Assembly: GCA_023213395.1 (NCBI GenBank)
Contig: CM041465.1
Location: 96,045,741-96,109,740 of the forward strand
Source of the DNA: Cycas panzhihuaensis
Taxonomy: Eukaryota; Plantae; Cycadophyta
DNA length: 64,000 nt
Reading direction: 5' to 3'
This document shows, piece after piece, positions 1 through 14,370 of this stretch. A program made the translations under genes and the position numbers. The first letter of the stretch is position 1; each line of letters begins with the position of its first letter. The notes under the pieces are model-generated. The model worked only from the letters and a program-made list of their open reading frames with translations, was not told where the DNA came from and searched no databases.

Positions 1-1178
1 TAAACAAGTCATCATGGGACCCAAATAAATATTATATAAAGAGTTTATATTAGTTTAAATATTATGGTTGTAAGATAGATTATTAGAAGCCAAGTTCACT
101 TATAATATTATGGAATTTTAATGGAGATTATATATGAAACTATATATAAGGAGTGGTTAGGCTATTTGAAAAAATAAACTTTGAATTTTATTTGGTTTTA
201 TTTCTTGGAATCTAGGATCCTAACATCTAGCATTGCATAAGTAACATAAGCATGAACTTCATATTATTATTTATATTTAGTTTTATGCTTAAAAATATGT
301 GTGCCTTAATATTTAGTGATGGTTGTAGGAGTACTTAGCCTATAATGATCAAATAATTATAAGTGGTTTAATAAAAGCCATGTGTTTAAGTCTTATTTGA
401 TAAAAAATGAATCCTTGTTATGTCCTAAACTTCGTTTGGCATACTTTTCCTATTTAATTTATCATTTTCCATCTCTTTATTTACTTTTTTAGTTTTTTTT
501 TTTAATGTTTCCTTGGTACTATTATAATTTGTGTACTATTTTATTTTTTATAATAATATAATATATGTTAAAACATGTGATATTATCACATATATAGTGT
601 TTAATGTATTATATATAGTAGACCCATACAAAATCTTACTCACCAAAAGCATTAGTAAATATGATGTGTACAAGTATTCATGGGAATATCCTATTGGATG
701 ATAAAATAACTCAAAAGATATTATAGGTTATTTTTAAGATGATATTCATATAAATATATGCATGCACCACTTAAGAACTTAAGAAAGGAAAGACTCATTT
801 GGATTTTGATATCATTAAGAAGATCTCTCAACTCCAACCTTTTCCCATGGTTTTTTCTACATTGGATTTTTCATATATTAATATATTATCTATCTTGTGG
901 TGCATGCTTAATATGTTTATATTTTATTATTCATATTATTACTTTATATATTATTCTTATATTACCTAATTTATGTATATTCCTCATGATATGATTGATT
1001 GATTATACTTATTGATATACTTTTACTGCACATAATGAGTATATTCTAATATGGTAGCAATCTTAAATTCTAAGTTCTAGCATGGTATTAGAGTCATGTT
1101 ATAAAAGATCTTGTGAAGTAGATTAAAATCTATACATGATCTAATTAAACTAGTAATTGAGCTAATATATAAGCTAAT

Positions 1179-4100
1179 TATTAAAACATAATGTTTAATA
1201 TATATGGTGTACAAATATATTTCCCACCATTCACCTACTTTGAGATATACGAGATGCACGTATATCTATGTTATTTCACTATTGGATGATATAAAGACTC
1301 ATTATATTTGATAGGCTACTCATAAAGTGATTTCACTATATATATATATATAGTCTTACCACTTGAGAAAGGAGAGAAAGGTTAAAGATTTGGGGATGTA
1401 AACCTTATGATCATAAGTGGAGTCCTAACTCTACCTTCTCCTAGGTTTTTTCCCATAATGGGTTTTCCACATATAAATTTTGGTGTCATGTGGTGATGAT
1501 TATGTTTGATGATGTTTGCTTTACATGTTTGATATTTTTTATGTACATACTCATGAGTTGATTATTGTTGCATCCCATATTTTAACATAGCATCAGAGAA
1601 ATCTTGTTACCCTATTTTTAACATGGTATTAGAGCAATCCTATTACTCTATTTTTTAACATGGTATTAGAGCAGCATTGCATCCAAGCCACTATGGTAAG
1701 GTGAAGATCCTACTAATCAAGATTCAAGCCTATCGAGCCTATGACAAGAGCCATTTATAAATAAATTTTTGATGAGCTAGTATATACATATACTAGTGAC
1801 ATGCAGAACCATTTATAGGACAGATGAAGCCATTCAAACTGCATATACGAGATATAACAGATATTGATGGTATGTTAATGTGTGATTTTATTGTAGGCAA
1901 TCATTCATACATGTAGGCCTATATTCATAAAGTATGTAGGTACTCAGATCAGTCCATATGATATTATATTTAGCCCATAAGTGAAGGATTTTACAAGTGT
2001 TTGTTAATGGATTCATTATCACTCATGGACCATTTTGGAGGCTTTTACGACCATCTCATAACAGGATTCACTACCAGAATAAGTACAACCCATCGATATG
2101 CATGAAACAAGAAGCAAGCATGTATAACACCCTATTGACAGGTATTTTAGTGACATTATAAAAGGTATGTGATAGATTTTAGTGTAGTATGAAATGTTTA
2201 AGACATATAAAGACATGATTATATTTGAGGTTAGCATTGAAGGTAGCTCCTTGAGAACTACAGTAACATGTGATATGTTGAGATATTAAGAGCACTATAT
2301 ATGTGTGATATATAATATATGGTTGAAATTTTTTTACAGTTTTATTCAAACCCTAAGTCAAGGATGGAGAATGATTATGCCTGACACCCTTAGTTTGATT
2401 AATGGTTGCCCTATATAGGAGTTCTTGCTTTTATAACTAGCCATATAGAGAGTTTGAATCACTCTTATGTCACAGGATCTCTACCCATGCTACTTGCTCA
2501 ACCTCATACATGTCTTTTTTCTTATCATGGCCATCATATAAAAATAGAATAGTCACCACAGCTACCTAGTTGTACTACCTACCATGGAGTTCATGCAACT
2601 TGTTGAGATTATACAAAGCCACCCACTTAGAAGGGCCAAAAAAATGAAGTAATCCTCGCCACCACTATCTCCATCCATAGATCAAAGAAGTGTAGCCTAT
2701 CATAGCTAGCTGCCAAACCCTAACTAAATTCCATAGGCAAATAGTAAACCAAATACCCCTCAATGGAGATCATCTTTCTATCACAAATCACATGTAGCTA
2801 TGGATACAATAAAACATATAAATGATACACACATAGCGATTGTGGGAGTTGGAAGGATGGAGTCACCCATGATTGATATAAATACCCCTATCTCAAGACA
2901 CTTTAGATGATGCCCTCATAATAAATCACTCAGTGCCCTCCATGCATAAATAATAGCTTAAGATATTATATCCATAGAATAAAATTCATAGACAAAGAGT
3001 GAAACACTCAATGCCTTCCATAGATATAGTCATCCATCTAGAATATTATTATGTTTGGCCTCTACACTTACCTTGACCTTACTATACGATAAATTTACAT
3101 AATTTTATACACATGGTGCAGTCAATAGAGAAGATCAATCTCACCATCATGCCCAATGGAATGTGCCAATAAAATTTTACTATACATAAATAAATGTGTA
3201 CAGAAAAATATTTTGCAAACCCTAAAAAAATTATATTTGGATTACTTAATTTAATTGGATTACATAAAATTTTTAGATCTGAGTTTAGCTCCTTAAAGAT
3301 ATGTAAGGAGTCACATGGAAATGCCATGTGACTAGGGGCTAGCTATAAAAGGGGCAAACTTTAGATTTTATAAACTGAATTGGATTTTTTTTTTTCAAAT
3401 TTTATATTTGAAATTTGATAAAATTTTGGATCTATTTATAATTTCTTAAGGATTGCATGTCATTCCATGGCATACTAGCATGTTTTGCATTATATCTCAT
3501 CACTCGTATATTAGATTCAAATGTCATCTATTATATTAGAAAGTAAACTTTGAGACAATCACAACAAGTGGTTAAACTACCTACTTTAGATAGTAGAAGA
3601 TAGAGAAATTTCAGACTAAAGTTAATGCAAAGGCTCTAAATTTTATTTTGGATGAATTTCTTATCAATTTTTAGAAAAAATTCAGTCAATTCTAATGTTT
3701 TTTATGGCTCCAAATATGATGGTAAACTTATTTTTAAGGAATGGTAAATGATTATTAAAGTTTGGTTTAAAATTAAGTATTTTTTAGGCCTATTTATGAT
3801 ATTTTAAGGCTTATTTCAATTGAAAAAATTTAGTTACGTGAGAAATATTTGATGAAATTATCATATGAGATACCCTTGATATGCTGGTCTTTTATTTTCC
3901 CCTTCACAACATCACATTTGGTTTAGAAGATGACAAAAACCCTAACCAAACATATAGACCTCCTAGTTATTAAAGTAGTTTATGTTATTTAGTTATATGA
4001 TAAGTATAATTTACCCTATTACAATTAACTTACCATGGTTAAGTAGGTTGTCTTGGTCCTAGAGTTGATTATTCAAGATGATCCAACTGTTAATATAATT

Positions 4101-5169
4101 TAGTTGATAGAACTTTATTGGTCCTATAAGCAATTTGGAAAGATGATGAATCATATACTTGAAGTAATTTCCTACAGAACTAGTGATTATAGCAGTTGGT
4201 CACCCATATATTTTGGTAGATGGATATTATTTTATATGGACTCAAATATCATTTTACTTGATTTGATGGTTAACTTAATATAGATTAAAAGTAGCCACCA
4301 CATAAGTCAAGATATAAAGATGCACATAAAACATTTCATATATGTAAGTTTATATAGGTTGATCCTAGATGGAGACAAGCATATAGTTATAGGTCTTTTA
4401 TAAGTTATAGATGATTTTGGTGATTTTATATAGAAGCTCTACCTGAAAGAGAGCTTATGATATGATGAATTCACCCATAACATATAAGATACAAGAAACA
4501 TATTACAGGATATAGGATATAGGATATAAGAAATAAGTTATAGGATATAGGTTATTTACAGGTTATAAGTGATACTACATATAAGATACATGTGGCAGTT
4601 AATGTTATAGGTACCAACATATAAGATAAAGGTATGAAGACTTAAGGATATTAAACATTATTGGGGCGGGGAGGGGGGGGGGGTGTTAAAACATAATGTT
4701 TAATATATATGGTATACACATGTAGTTCCCACCATTCGCCTACTTTGAGATATGTGAGATGCATGCATATCTATGTTATTTTACTCTTGGATGATGTAAA
4801 GGCTCATTATATTTGATAGGCTACTCATAAGGTAATTTAACTATATATATGTACTCTCACCACTTGAGAACTTGAGAAAGGAGAGAAAGGTTGAAGATTT
4901 GGACACATAAACCTTATGATTATAAGTGGAGTCCTAACTCCACCTTCTCCCATGGTTTTTCCCATAATGGATTTTACACGTATAAATCTTAGTGTCTTGT
5001 GGTGATGATTATGTTTGATGATACTTACTTTACATGTTTGATATTTTATGTGTACATACTCATGAGTTGATTATTGTTGTATTCCATATATTAACATGGT
5101 ATCAAAGCAATCATATTATCTTATTTTTAACATGGTATCAGAGCCATCTTATTATCCTATTTTTTAATA
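1179..5169 (+). mobile_element. Element C: non-autonomous (LARD-like) Copia-derived LTR element
   Basis: LTRs 1179-1660 and 4684-5169. TSD CTAAT/TTAAT. PBS at 1661-1672. G-rich PPT 4663-4683. No intact ORF, only faint Copia RT/RNase H-like remnants. Confidence 0.9.
1581..1672 (+). repeat. Tandem [LTR end TTAACA + tRNAi-Met PBS] array, 3 units, period 36-37 bp
   Basis: TAGCATCAGAGA at 1588, TGGTATTAGAGC at 1624 and 1661, each preceded by TTTAACA. Two units recur inside the 3' LTR (5097, 5133). Confidence 0.9.
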
Positions 5170-8100
5170 TTAATGATAGAGTTAGTATGAGTTAATATAG
5201 GAGCTAGTCTAAGGTATATTTTAATAAGCCATAAGGTTTATTATGCTAGTTATGCTGGTGATGTATGACCAAGATTCTAGGGTAAGATCAAGTTAATAAT
5301 GAGATCTACATAGAAATGATGATAAAGTCTTATCTAGATAATGAAATCCACATGATACATATAACAAACTAATGGTATGTTGATTATTGAATTATGTGGA
5401 CATTTATTTAAGCATGTTATATATACATTCTCTAAAGCATATAAGTTTAAAATCAATCCACTGGATATGAAGATACTATTGCCAATTACATTTACTTATA
5501 GAGGTTATCTACTTACAAAAGTGATTGAGACTTTATGAGACTAGACACCTCACCAAATCTTGTAATTAGAAACAACAGATTATTGAAAATGTTATGAGAA
5601 CATGATAGCCCAAATAGGATTGATCATCCTATAAGAATAAAATGATAACTAATACTTTGTTAGTGAAGTGAAACCATGGAACATGAAGTAGACCAATATA
5701 ATGATAAAAAGTAGCATATTGATAAGTAGTTGGCACTTTAACATATGTTGATATGTGGCTTATTATAATAAATAAAAATAGATAAGAAATTATAATGTGG
5801 GCTTGAGGTATATGTGAAAGAATGTTGATTTGATAAAAAATAAATGTATGTGGTTATGAAATATTTTAATGAATTCTTAATGGCTTGATATATGATATAT
5901 GAGATATTTATGAGGGCATATTTATAACAAAATTTAATTTGAATGATGATTAAGAAAATTAGCATTTAAATATTTTTGCAAGAAATGAATAATGATATGT
6001 AAAATCTTGGAACATTATAAACCCTTAAAAATCATCTCTACCAATGATACAAGCATGTTAATTAGTAGATCTATGAAGAATTTACCATTACTGATAGGGC
6101 TTAAATTTTTCTAAGTAGATGCAAGATAGATAATCTTAGATGGAAAAAATAACCTAAGTAATTAATATTAGCACTGAAACATTATAAGAGAGCATATCAC
6201 ATTTGAAGCCTAAGCATGATCAAATGGTGTTAGGGCATGAAGAAATATGCATAGGGCACGGTAAATGATATTAAAGTTAATTGTTGCATGAAAATCACAT
6301 AGGTTAAGACACATAAAATACTCTAGGTATAAAGACGAAGTTGCATACATATTGGCACCATAACAAGGGATGGCAATACATGAGTGTGAATAGACCTTCA
6401 AACTTTCTAATAAAAGTTGGTTACTTTTTATGTAGATACAAGGTATTTATGGAAACTACTACCATCACCATATTTCCCATGATCTAGCTTGTCTTATACC
6501 TCATTGCTACATGGCCATATACAACTAGTGGAACTAAGACAGTAGCACTTATGATTAAGATACTAGGAGGTTAAGTGCTAGTCATTAACTTTTATATGTG
6601 AGTTGTTAAAGCCACTAATGAAATGTAAGGCTATTTGTCTTTCTAATAGGATTATAGAGAGGTCATTTTTTGTCTATTTGAGAGCCATCAATTATAAATG
6701 AAGGTTGTTGTGTAATCATTGTCTCTTGAGATATTAGTACCTTAGTGCTCTTTAGTTTTTTTTGGTGTCTATTTATACTCTTTAGTGATCTTTAATTATA
6801 TGTTTGGTTTTTATTTAATAATATAAATCCTACATTTTCCTACTTAGTTCATCATTATCCATTTTGTATATGAGCAAAAGTAGGATAGTCATATCCTAAG
6901 TAGTATTAGAGATAATTTTTAGATCCAATAGGAAGTAGTAAGCTCGAAGGAAGCTAAGGAGAAAGGAAAATTTCCCCCTTGGTATGTCATTATAAACCCT
7001 TCTCTTTAGTTTAATTCAATTTTATTTAAGTGACATATGTTTAAATTTTCTATTAAGTTAGAAGTAGGTAGTAAAGACCCACCCTATCCTCTTGTTCCCT
7101 TAGTGGTTAGGTAAAGACCCTATGTTAAGGGTCTTTAAACATCATAGGAATCTATTATTCTAAGTTAAGCATATATGGCCATAAACCAATATGTGATGTG
7201 AAGTAATATAACAATGATTATATAAGCTTGAGATAGAACTTGGCTATGGAAGTAAGCTTCCATATACTTTCAAGTATATTAGAGGACCCCTTAAGGTTTC
7301 TCCTTCTAACCTAGATTAGGAAACTAATTGACCTTTTATCCTTCTATGGTACGTGAGTTAATAGTTAATGCTTGGAAACTACCATTCACGAATATCCCTA
7401 CATGACTATTGAACTTATAGAGATATATATTCTCCTATAAGTAGTACCCTAAGATATTGGGTTGAGTAACAGTAATAAAGGGGAAATTTATTAGAGGGCT
7501 TGTAGTGTCAAATAATCCTCTATCAATGTTTAGTAGGCCCCCTCCAATCATCTCTACCACTTCTTAATAAAATGTATTTATTAAAAAATTGATCATACTA
7601 CTGTATTTCTCAAATTAAAATCATTTATTACTAAGACTACTATAATTTCTAATATAAACCCCTAAAGCTTGTATATATTTGAAGACACATAAATTAAACC
7701 TATAATAGTGGTACCACCTAAAGATTAACAACATACAAGCAATAATATAATACCTATCAATAGATCACAGTAGCTTTGATTATTCCTATCTAAACCTCTA
7801 ACTTAAATTTTTTAATTTATCACTCATTGAGTCTACCCCTATTCTCAATCCACTCTCTTAAAAAAAAAAAAAATCTACAAGGTCACTTTAGCAAATACTT
7901 TTCTGTTTCTAATAAAACCTACACCATTGGACTCATGACAAAAAAAAAAGTTAATTAATTAAATTTATGATAGTCCATGTCAAAAAAATTAACTTATTAA
8001 TTCATACATCCTATTTTAATTAGAATGTCACATTGGTAAGTTTAAACAAGGCTAGTTTTAGTATCAATTTTTGGTAAAAATTGCATGTACGATACTTATG

Positions 8101-8390
8101 GGCTCCATAGTAAAAAAAAATTACTTTAATCTTATCTATGCTATTTTGACAAGTTTGTTTCCCTTATTCCAACTTAATAGGTAATTTTTTCACCTTTTAT
8201 TAGGGTTAATAGGCTATAAACACCCTACATTCCTCCTCTTCCTTTCGCTTCTCTTAAGTATAATCTCCACTTATAAAAGTCATTATATATATGTAACCTC
8301 ACTTTAGTACATTCCCTTTTGTCTTATCCTATTTTCTTATATCTCTTCTTACTTGTGATCCACTTCCTATAATCCCCTTCTTTCTATATG

Positions 8391-9545
8391 ATGGCTCTTA
8401 CATCTTAAGTAAAATATATTTCTATATTAGAAACTTAGTTATTGGAGTTTCAAAAAGAAGTTAAGTTTGACATATCTTCTCTTACATCTAAGTCAAATAT
8501 CATGGTAATACTAAACCAAATAACTTAAATGGCAATGTAGACATCTCAATCAAACTCTCAATATTTAGGTAGCATTCTTGTAGCATAGTATTTAAGCAAC
8601 TCTCCTCTGTATTAATTATAACTTCACCATAACATCAAATATTCCTACCTTTAATTCAAATCTAAATAAAGACAATGCTTACATATGGATAAGTAAACTT
8701 GAATCATATTTCTTCCTTAACCTAATGACTAAAGAGGAGTAATTAACACTTTTATGGAAGGTTGATCACACCATTTATTCCATTAGTGGCACTAAGAATA
8801 CCCATAAAATAGGACATGGATAAACCTTTCTGTATGTTTTTCTAATTAGTATGATAAAACTTGGAACTAATCCTTCTTTAATTAGCTTACAAGACTAAAA
8901 CATATGTCCTCAAATGAGTTATAACCCTTATAGAATCATGTCTCTAAAAATTTAGACAAGAAAATCTAGATAGACACTTATGTAATGTGCTTAAAAGAGC
9001 ATATCCAAATATGCCTAAGAACCATAGAAATCTCAAGTCTCAAAGATATGATAGAAAGGAAAAAAATAATTGAGGTTGAACTCATAATAGAAAGAACATC
9101 TTTTCTTTGATGAGATACTATATGGCACTAATGATTATAATAGGCTAAATTCCTATATCAATGATGTTGGACAAATGACCTATGTGGACCTACTATAGAA
9201 TGACTTTTAAAAGAGCCCATGAATAAGCCAATCTAAGTGCCATCTACAAAAGCACATTAATGTATCATAGCTAGCCTTTACATCTAATGTTCTAAAAAAT
9301 AGACCCCTAAATATCATAAAGTTTGTAAAGCCAATAACATGGTCTTCATAATAGATCCTAGCCTATCCATGGAAGATGACTCTAATTCTAAACCAAATTT
9401 TGATGAAAATCCCTATTCAAAACCCCACTTGATATCATAAGTAGAAGTCTTGTTATCTATAATAGCATCTCATTCATGCCCCAAACCATTATGTATTAAA
9501 TAAACACTTAAGAAAATGCTAGTTACTATTCTAATTGATAGTGGT
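8391..9545 (+). pseudogene. Gypsy gag plus start of protease (first, truncated copy G1)
   Basis: Colinear with 9937-11205. Ends at protease motif VTILIDSG. Many stops. Confidence 0.8.
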
Positions 9546-9936
9546 AAATTTTTAGTGAGAAAATTTACCCTTACAAATATATACCTCATTTTGATTAGCA
9601 CATCATACTGGTTAGTTTGCACTAGGTTGGTACATACAAAAAAATTTTACGTTTTTAGTACCTGGTCACCAGTGGGTCCCACCACCCCCATCCCCCCTAC
9701 ACTTCATATACCCCATTTGAATGAGCTTTTTGCACTTGTTTGAGAGAACTTGATATCTTGTTTATGTAAATTTCTTTAGGGTCGATAGGCTATAGACACC
9801 CCACAATCTCCCTATTTGCCCCCTTCTCTTTCCCTTAACAACTCCCTTTTTCTTACGTCTCATTCTTTCTTGATCTTTTCCACTTCATTCATTCCCCTTC
9901 TTTCTACTTATTCCCACCTCTTTACGCCCTTACTCC

Positions 9937-12900
9937 ATGGTTCCTCAAAGTAATAGTGACAAAATCTCAGTACTCGAGACCCAAGTCATCAATATTCAGG
10001 AAAAGATCAAGGAGGATTTCAACCACATGCACAAGAAGGTTAAAAATGAAGTAGTTATCATGTAGGTAGAATTTACCTCAAGATTGTCAAACCTAGCATC
10101 CCATGATGATTTCCAAAATGAAATTAAGAGGTTGAACAAGTTCTCTCCTCTACCACCAGTCAACCTTACCCAGCAACAAATCGTGCCTTTGCCTCCACAT
10201 CAGTAGCAGCCATTTTATCATAAGATCAACATACCCACATTTAATCTAGATCTCAACAAGGATAGTACACAGAGTTGGATTAACAAACTAGAGTCCTACT
10301 TTACACTCAACCTAATGTCAGTAAATGAACAATTTACATTTGCTTCCATCCACTTAGATAGGAAGGCACATCATTGGTTCTGATGGTGGAAGCGGGAATA
10401 CCCCTCTAGCCAATCTTGGGCACACTTCTCTACCTATTTTTTTGAGCAGTATGAGGATACTTGAAACTAATATTTTTTCACACAGCTAACACATTTGAAG
10501 CAAATATACTCTATCAAAGTTTACACTAATGAGTTCTAATCTTTACGTAATTGGGTTGATCATCAACTTAATAAATAGACAAAGATAGATATGTATATGT
10601 CTGGGTTTAAAGAATATATCCAAATATACTTGAAGATAGTCTCCCTATCTACTCTAAAAGATGTACTTGATATGGATAAAGTAGTAGAAGCAAAGTTTGT
10701 CTCAAAAAGACCTCCTCCATTTAAATGAGACTCCACTTGGCTTTCATGATCCTGATAAGCTAATACAGCCTAGTCCCAAAGACCATGTCCAACTGACTAC
10801 CAATGATTGTGCCCATGACTAGAGGACACCCCAACTATATCTCTCAAGCAGCGTGTTAAGGAACCATCTTCAAAGTCCATACACGTCACTCCAACAGAGG
10901 CACAACATCATCACGAAGCCAGTCTATATATACAATGTTCTAAAAAATAGACCATTGGTCACGATAGAATCTGTAAATCCTAGAAGATGGTCTTCACAAT
11001 TAACCTAGACTTATCTTTGGAAGATGACCTCGAGACTGAGCATGAATATGATGATGAACCTCAAGACCACTCTATTGATGAGTTGCCTCCAAACCCTGAG
11101 CTTAAAGTTTCCTTATCAACTGTTACCTCCATTGCATGTCTTGAACCACTTCAAGTCAAAAGAATACTTAGGAAAACCCCAATTACCATTTTGATCGATG
11201 GTGGTGCATCGCTAAATTTCATCGATATCTCTATTGCTTGATAGTTGAATCTTTATATAGAACTTAAAACAGGCTTTACTTGCTCCTTACCTAGTCATCA
11301 TACCCTCCATTGTGTTGGAACAATAAAAAACTCACGGTCCACATTAGCCCATATACCCTTGTCTCTTATTTTTATGCCTTGTCCATAAGTGGGTCAGATG
11401 TAATTCTTCGTGTACAATGGCTCTAGACTCTAGGAACTTATAACACCAATAACTCACCCACGACCCTCTTCATTATGTTCAAAGATCACATGGGCCACTC
11501 TCATAAACTTTATGGGATGCAAGCCCCCCCAAACAAAGTAATCTCACCTACCTGAATGCACCGCCAACTGAATGGTAACATAGGATACATCATTCATCTT
11601 AACCATATCTAGGCCCCTTCGAGTATCCACCCTGATATCTAGTAAGTATTAGATCAATACCAATCTGTATTTGCTCTGTTACCTGCTAGCCCCATGCCTG
11701 ATCGAGGTTTTTACCATACTATTGAGTTATAAAGTTCACACGATCTGATTAGCCTTTGACCATATAGGAACTTCTATTTCCAAAAATATAAAATCAAAAA
11801 AATCATAAGGGAACTATTGGACATGGATATCATCCAACCTAGTAAAAGCCCATATGTGGCACCCATCATTTTGGTTTGCAAAAAGGATGGCTCTTTTTGA
11901 CTTTGTGTTGACTATCGTGTGCTCAATAAAATCAATATAAAAAATAAGTTTCCCATGCCACGAATCGATGACATGTTAGATGAAATCCATGGTGCTGCAA
12001 TTTTTACCAAACTTGATTTACAGTCAAGATATTACCAAATCTCTATCTTACCAGAGGATCAACATAAAATAACTTTCTAAACCTACCATGACTACTTTGA
12101 GTTCCAGGCCATGCCCTTTGGCCTGTGTAATGCTCTGGCCACATTTTAGGCCCTCATGAACAAGATCTTTTCCCTATACCTACGAAAATTTGTCATTGTC
12201 TTCTTCGATAATATTCTTATCTATAGCTCAAACATGCTTGCTCATAACTCGCATCTAGAAATTGTCCTTCAAATCCTAGTTGAGAATAAATTATATGCTA
12301 AACTCTCTAAATGTAAGTTTGAGAAATTTGAACTACAATACCTTGGTTATATTATATCCTTTGTAAGGGTTTGGGTGGATCCCAATAAAATCTCTGTCAT
12401 CAATATTGGCCAACCCCAAAAACCCTGACCCAATTATAGGCTTTCCTAGGACTTACCGGATTCTATCGTCAGTTTGTTTGAAATTATGCCACACTAACTA
12501 CCCCCTTAACCCACTTACTTTGAAAGGATTCCTTCTAATGGTCCCCCTCAGATAATGAGTCCTTCCTCCATCTAAAGTAAGTCATGACAACCACCCCAGT
12601 TTTGGCCTCTCCTGGCTTTTCTTAGCCTTTCCAATTAGAATGTGATGCCTATGGTTTTGGATTGGGTGCGGTCTTAATGCAGGATTTCCATCCCATCACC
12701 TTTGAAAGTTATAAACTCAAAGATCATGAGTGTAGATTGTCTACCTATCCTCCATGTTGTTAATAAGTAGTGACAGTATCTACTTGGTTCTAAATTTACT
12801 ATCCTCACTGATCATCATAGCCTTCATTGCTTACTAGATCAACCAGTCCTCTCAGAAGGGTAGGCTAAATAGATCGACTGCCTCCAAGTTTTCAATTTTA

Positions 12901-13033
12901 TAATTACATATAAAAAGGGGAAAGATAAAATTGTGGTAGATGCTCTCTCAAGGCTACCTTCACTTACACTTGATGATAACATTGGTCACACTGAGGACCC
13001 CACCATTTATGTCATTTCTTCCCCATAACTAAT
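9937..13033 (+). pseudogene. Gypsy gag-protease-RT-RNase H (G2), decayed
   Basis: ITILIDGGASLNFI (protease). KKDGSF.LCVDYR.LNK, FVIVFFDNILIYS and KLYAKLSKCKF (RT). F.LECDA.GFGLGAVLMQ and VDALSR (RNase H). Confidence 0.95.
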
Positions 13034-13405
13034 TGTTGCGGTTAATAGTCATCACTCCACTCCCACCTTCTAACTATGAGTGCACACCTCATCTTCATCT
13101 ATTTACACATGTGGGTGCTCAACATATATAGGTAAGTATAATTTCATTTGAGTTGAGTTATGATTATTTTATTGTTATTTAAATTTTAGAGGTTGAGGAG
13201 TTTTCCTCCTCCACCAAACTATATAATTTGAAAGGTGTGCAACCTTGGTATCTTCAGACACCACCTTTATTGCAGATATTTGTACTACTCTATTCACAAA
13301 CATAGATTGAATATACAAGCTATTGTGTTTATTCTACTATGCAACAATGATCTATTGATGTTTTGATTATCTCTTTTATGTTCTACCCTATTCTCCTACA
13401 TTTTA

Positions 13406-13511
13406 TTTCCTTCATCTGGTATCAGAGCTTGGTTTAGCTACATTCTTTTTCCATCATCTAGTATCAGAGCTTAGTTTAGCTCCATTTTTTTCCTTCATCT
13501 AGTATCAGAGC
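13406..13511 (+). repeat. Tandem [LTR end TTTCC(T/A)TCA + PBS] array, 3 units, period 41-42 bp
   Basis: TGGTATCAGAGC at 13417, TAGTATCAGAGC at 13459 and 13500. Confidence 0.95.
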
Positions 13512-13854
13512 AAGTTTATATTCTATTGTTGAAGTTTTCTTTGAAAAAGTAAGAAGATTTACTGATATCTACAATAGGTTTACTCACAAGCAAGAAATAT
13601 TAGTTATATTCATTTTTAAAAAAAAATATTAGTAACTTTTTATATATTTTATTAGAGATTTGATTATTCTTGAAGATATATTTGTGCTATAATAAAGATA
13701 TTTCAGATTTTCTTCATATTTATACAGGTGCATAGCTGAAAAATAATAAACATCAAGTTTTATCACTCTACAAGAGGTTTTATCAATATTTTTTATATAT
13801 TTTCTATTATATATTTGACTATTTTCAAGCATAGTTCATCTTTTTATCCAATAC

Positions 13855-14370
13855 TTTTTCAGATCTGCACAGGATTTCAACTACAAGTAGTATTTATTTA
13901 AAGTTCTTTTTAGATCTTTTATATATTTCTTAGATCTGCTTATTTTATTTAGTATTTCACTATTTTCTGCTATATTTGTTTCAGATCTGTAATATTGGCT
14001 ACAGATCTACAATATTTACTTTAAATCTATAATATTTATTTAAAGCTTTTTCAGATCTTCTACATATTCTTTAGATCTACTATATTTTATTTCAGATCTA
14101 TAATATTTACTTTAGATATACTATACTTATTTTAAATATGCAATATTTATTCAAGTTTCCCTTCAGATCTGCTTATTTATCATACATTTGACCATTTTTT
14201 GGTTTATTTGTTTAGATCTGTAATATTTAGTTTAGATCAACTTTATTTTCTTTCAGATCTATATTTTTCCATTACATATTTGACCATATTTTCAAGTTTT
14301 TTTTAGATCTTCTTATTTCATTATATATTTGACCATATTTTCAAGTTTTTTTTTTTAGATCTGTAAATTT
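13855..14370 (+). repeat. Degenerate ~20-bp tandem repeat with AGATCT core
   Basis: Many (T/C)AGATCT(G/A)..ATATTT units. A counterpart lies in element B at ~33400-34180. Confidence 0.7.

Noticed and set aside
4663-4683. G-quadruplex element
   Set aside because: Explained as the expanded polypurine tract immediately upstream of the 3' LTR of C.
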